Positions 61,659-64,000 of a DNA stretch of 64,000 bases are shown here, one piece after another. Position numbers and translations under genes: made by a program. Within the stretch, counting starts at the first letter, position 1. Every line of letters starts with the position of its first letter. Source of the DNA: Erysipelotrichaceae bacterium. Lineage in GTDB: Bacteria > Bacillota_I > Bacilli_A > RFN20 > CAG-826. The notes under the pieces were generated by a model, which was not told the origin of the DNA, searched no databases, and was given only the letters and a program-made list of their open reading frames with translations. The stretch covers positions 11,445-75,444 of the forward strand of contig DURD01000007.1 of the NCBI GenBank assembly GCA_012837435.1. Reading direction: 5' to 3'.

Positions 61659-63983
61659 ATGAAAAAAGGGGCACAAGTATTATCATTACCTTTACTACCG
61701 ACACGTAGTTTTGTTCTTTTTCCTTCGACTATCCAGCCGATTGAAGCGGGACGGGCTTTTTCTATTAATGCTATTCGTGCCGCCCATTTAAAAACCGACT
61801 CTTTATTATTTGTCGTTTCGCAGAGAAATCCCAACGATGAACAAGTCAGTTTAGAAAACGTTTACGAAGTCGGCTGTTTATGTCGCATTGTATCAATTAT
61901 CGAAAGAAGCAACCTTTTGCGAGTAAGAGTGGATGTGGTCGAAAGAGTTAAATTGACCTCTTTAACTTACGATTCTGAAAAGGGATACTATGTCGCTGAC
62001 GGAGAGGTAAAGGAATTTTCTGAAGTCGATAGCGTTACCAATGAAACCATCGTTCGCGCCCTAGTCGAGAAATTAAACAATCTTCCTAATGTTTTATCGT
62101 TGCTCAGCAAAACGGCGCTCAACATGATTAATAAAGCTAAAGACGCGGTTTCTTTATGCTATATTCTCGCGAGCAATTTGCAAGGGTCAACGGAAGAAAA
62201 GCAAAAAATCTTAGAATGTGATGATATCAACGAATTGATGGAAAAAGTTCTCGTCCTCATTTCCGGAGAGCAAACTAAAGCCCAAATTGAAGAAAATATC
62301 GCGACAACCGTGAGAGAATCAGCGGAAAAAAGTCAAAAAGAGTACTTTTTAAGAGAAAAACTAAAAGCGATTAAAAAGGAGCTCGGTGAAACCACTGACG
62401 GGAGTAATTCTCCTGAATCAATTTTAGAAAAACTAGAAAATAATCCCTATCCAGAGAACATCAAAAAGAAAGTCAAAAGCGAGCTAAACAAGCTCGATAT
62501 GATGCCTCAAGGTTCACTGGAAGGGGCCCTCATACAAAACTATTTGGATGTTTTGATGTCCATCCCCTGGTGGGAAAAAACTAAAGATGATGAAGATTTA
62601 ATCAAAGTCGAGAAGATTTTAAATGAAAACCACTATGGTTTAGAGATGCCGAAAAAAAGAATTATCGAGTATTTAGCTATCAAAAAGTTAACTGGCAATC
62701 TCAAATCACCTATTTTGTGTTTCTACGGACCTCCAGGAACCGGTAAGACTTCTCTTGGCAAATCCATTGCTCATGCTTTAGGAAGAAAGTTTTTTAAAGC
62801 CTCGTTAGGGGGCATTTCTGATGAAGCAGAAATCCGTGGCCATCGCCGCACCTATGTCGGTTCTTTACCGGGAAGAATCATCCAAGGAATGCGTAAAGTT
62901 GGGGTAACCAATCCCGTCTTTTTACTCGATGAAGTCGATAAACTAGCTTCATCGTATAAAGGCGACCCTGCGAGCGCATTATTAGAAGTGCTCGATCCTG
63001 AACAAAACCATCAATTCAACGATAATTATGTCGAAGAGCCTTATGATTTAAGCGATGTTTTATTCATCTGCACCGCGAACTATTTAGAAAATATTCCTGG
63101 TCCTTTAAGAGATCGGTTGGAACTCATTCAACTATCTTCCTATACCGAAATTGAAAAAATGCATATCGTCAAGGAACACTTAATCGATAAGCAAATCGCT
63201 CTTAACGGCTTGAAGAAAGATCAAGTCGAATTCACCGATGACGCTATTAAGTTTATCATCCGTTCTTATACGAGAGAAGCGGGGGTTCGTGAATTAGAAA
63301 GAAAGATCGCTTCTTGCTTAAGAAAAGTAGCGGTTAACTATGTTAAAAATCCTAAAATTGGCAAGACGATTATCGATCCTGATAAGGCTCGTGAATTTTT
63401 ATTAACTCCGCCTTTTGAAGATACACAGAAGGAGAAAGAACCACAAATTGGTGTGGTAACTGGTCTAGCTTATACTGAATATGGCGGCGATATCTTACCG
63501 ATTGAAGTCAATTACTTTAAAGGAAAGGGCAACTTAATATTAACTGGCCACTTAGGCAACATCATGAAAGAAAGCGCTAGTATTGCTCTAGATTATGTTA
63601 AAGCCAATGCAGAACATTTCGTCATTGACCCCGATGTTTTCGCGAATAACGACATTCACATCCACGTTCCAGAAGGAGCGGTTCCGAAGGATGGCCCGAG
63701 CGCCGGTGTCGCAATAGCATGTGCTATTATTTCCTGTCTCAGCAAACGAGCGGTATCTCCTGATGTCGCGATGACGGGTGAAGTGACCTTGAGAGGTCGA
63801 ACCTTACCTATCGGTGGTCTAAGAGAAAAATCTCTCGCCGCTTTAAGAAGTGGTATCAAAAAAATTATCGTCCCAAAAGACAATAAAAAAGATGTCGACG
63901 AACTGCCCGTTGAAGTGAAAGAAAGTTTGCAAATTACTTATATGGAAAATGTCGATGACGCCGTCAAAGAGTGTTTTGTGTAA
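61659..63983 (+). CDS. lon: Lon protease
   Basis: GPPGTGKTS, HRRTYVG, DPASALLEVLDPEQN, PKDGPSAG, MTGE. Confidence 0.98.
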   Translation: MKKGAQVLSLPLLPTRSFVLFPSTIQPIEAGRAFSINAIRAAHLKTDSLLFVVSQRNPNDEQVSLENVYEVGCLCRIVSIIERSNLLRVRVDVVERVKLTSLTYDSEKGYYVADGEVKEFSEVDSVTNETIVRALVEKLNNLPNVLSLLSKTALNMINKAKDAVSLCYILASNLQGSTEEKQKILECDDINELMEKVLVLISGEQTKAQIEENIATTVRESAEKSQKEYFLREKLKAIKKELGETTDGSNSPESILEKLENNPYPENIKKKVKSELNKLDMMPQGSLEGALIQNYLDVLMSIPWWEKTKDDEDLIKVEKILNENHYGLEMPKKRIIEYLAIKKLTGNLKSPILCFYGPPGTGKTSLGKSIAHALGRKFFKASLGGISDEAEIRGHRRTYVGSLPGRIIQGMRKVGVTNPVFLLDEVDKLASSYKGDPASALLEVLDPEQNHQFNDNYVEEPYDLSDVLFICTANYLENIPGPLRDRLELIQLSSYTEIEKMHIVKEHLIDKQIALNGLKKDQVEFTDDAIKFIIRSYTREAGVRELERKIASCLRKVAVNYVKNPKIGKTIIDPDKAREFLLTPPFEDTQKEKEPQIGVVTGLAYTEYGGDILPIEVNYFKGKGNLILTGHLGNIMKESASIALDYVKANAEHFVIDPDVFANNDIHIHVPEGAVPKDGPSAGVAIACAIISCLSKRAVSPDVAMTGEVTLRGRTLPIGGLREKSLAALRSGIKKIIVPKDNKKDVDELPVEVKESLQITYMENVDDAVKECFV

Positions 63984-64000
63984 TTATGATCGATTTTAAT

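Overview
Low-GC chromosomal segment using genetic code 11 (TGA is a stop, e.g. pheT). Gene content suggests a genome-reduced Bacilli lineage near the Mollicutes/Erysipelotrichales (inference from the minimal dcw cluster and tig-lon adjacency). It is mostly housekeeping: ackA-nrnA-dnaE-polA-mutM, glgB-glgP, pheST, mraZ-rsmH-ftsA-ftsZ without mur/pbp genes, T-box ileS-lspA-rluD, rnhC, mutS2-uvrC, tRNA-Arg(TCT), rarA, tig-lon. Most notable: (1) an islet after tRNA-Arg with a fused restriction-methylation-specificity gene split by a G10 tract between its two target-recognition domains, preceded by an hsdM/HTH relic and followed by an orphan SAM-I-clan riboswitch; (2) an in-frame MutM-CoaE fusion at the left edge, absent from the ORF track; (3) 34-bp palindrome-containing tandem repeats over the promoter of an AAA-ATPase/PD-(D/E)XK gene; (4) two tandem PAS-GGDEF*-EAL genes, the first apparently frameshifted in an A7 tract just after its natural ATG, plus an intact GGDEF cyclase. 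All calls are by eye; no database searches were run.
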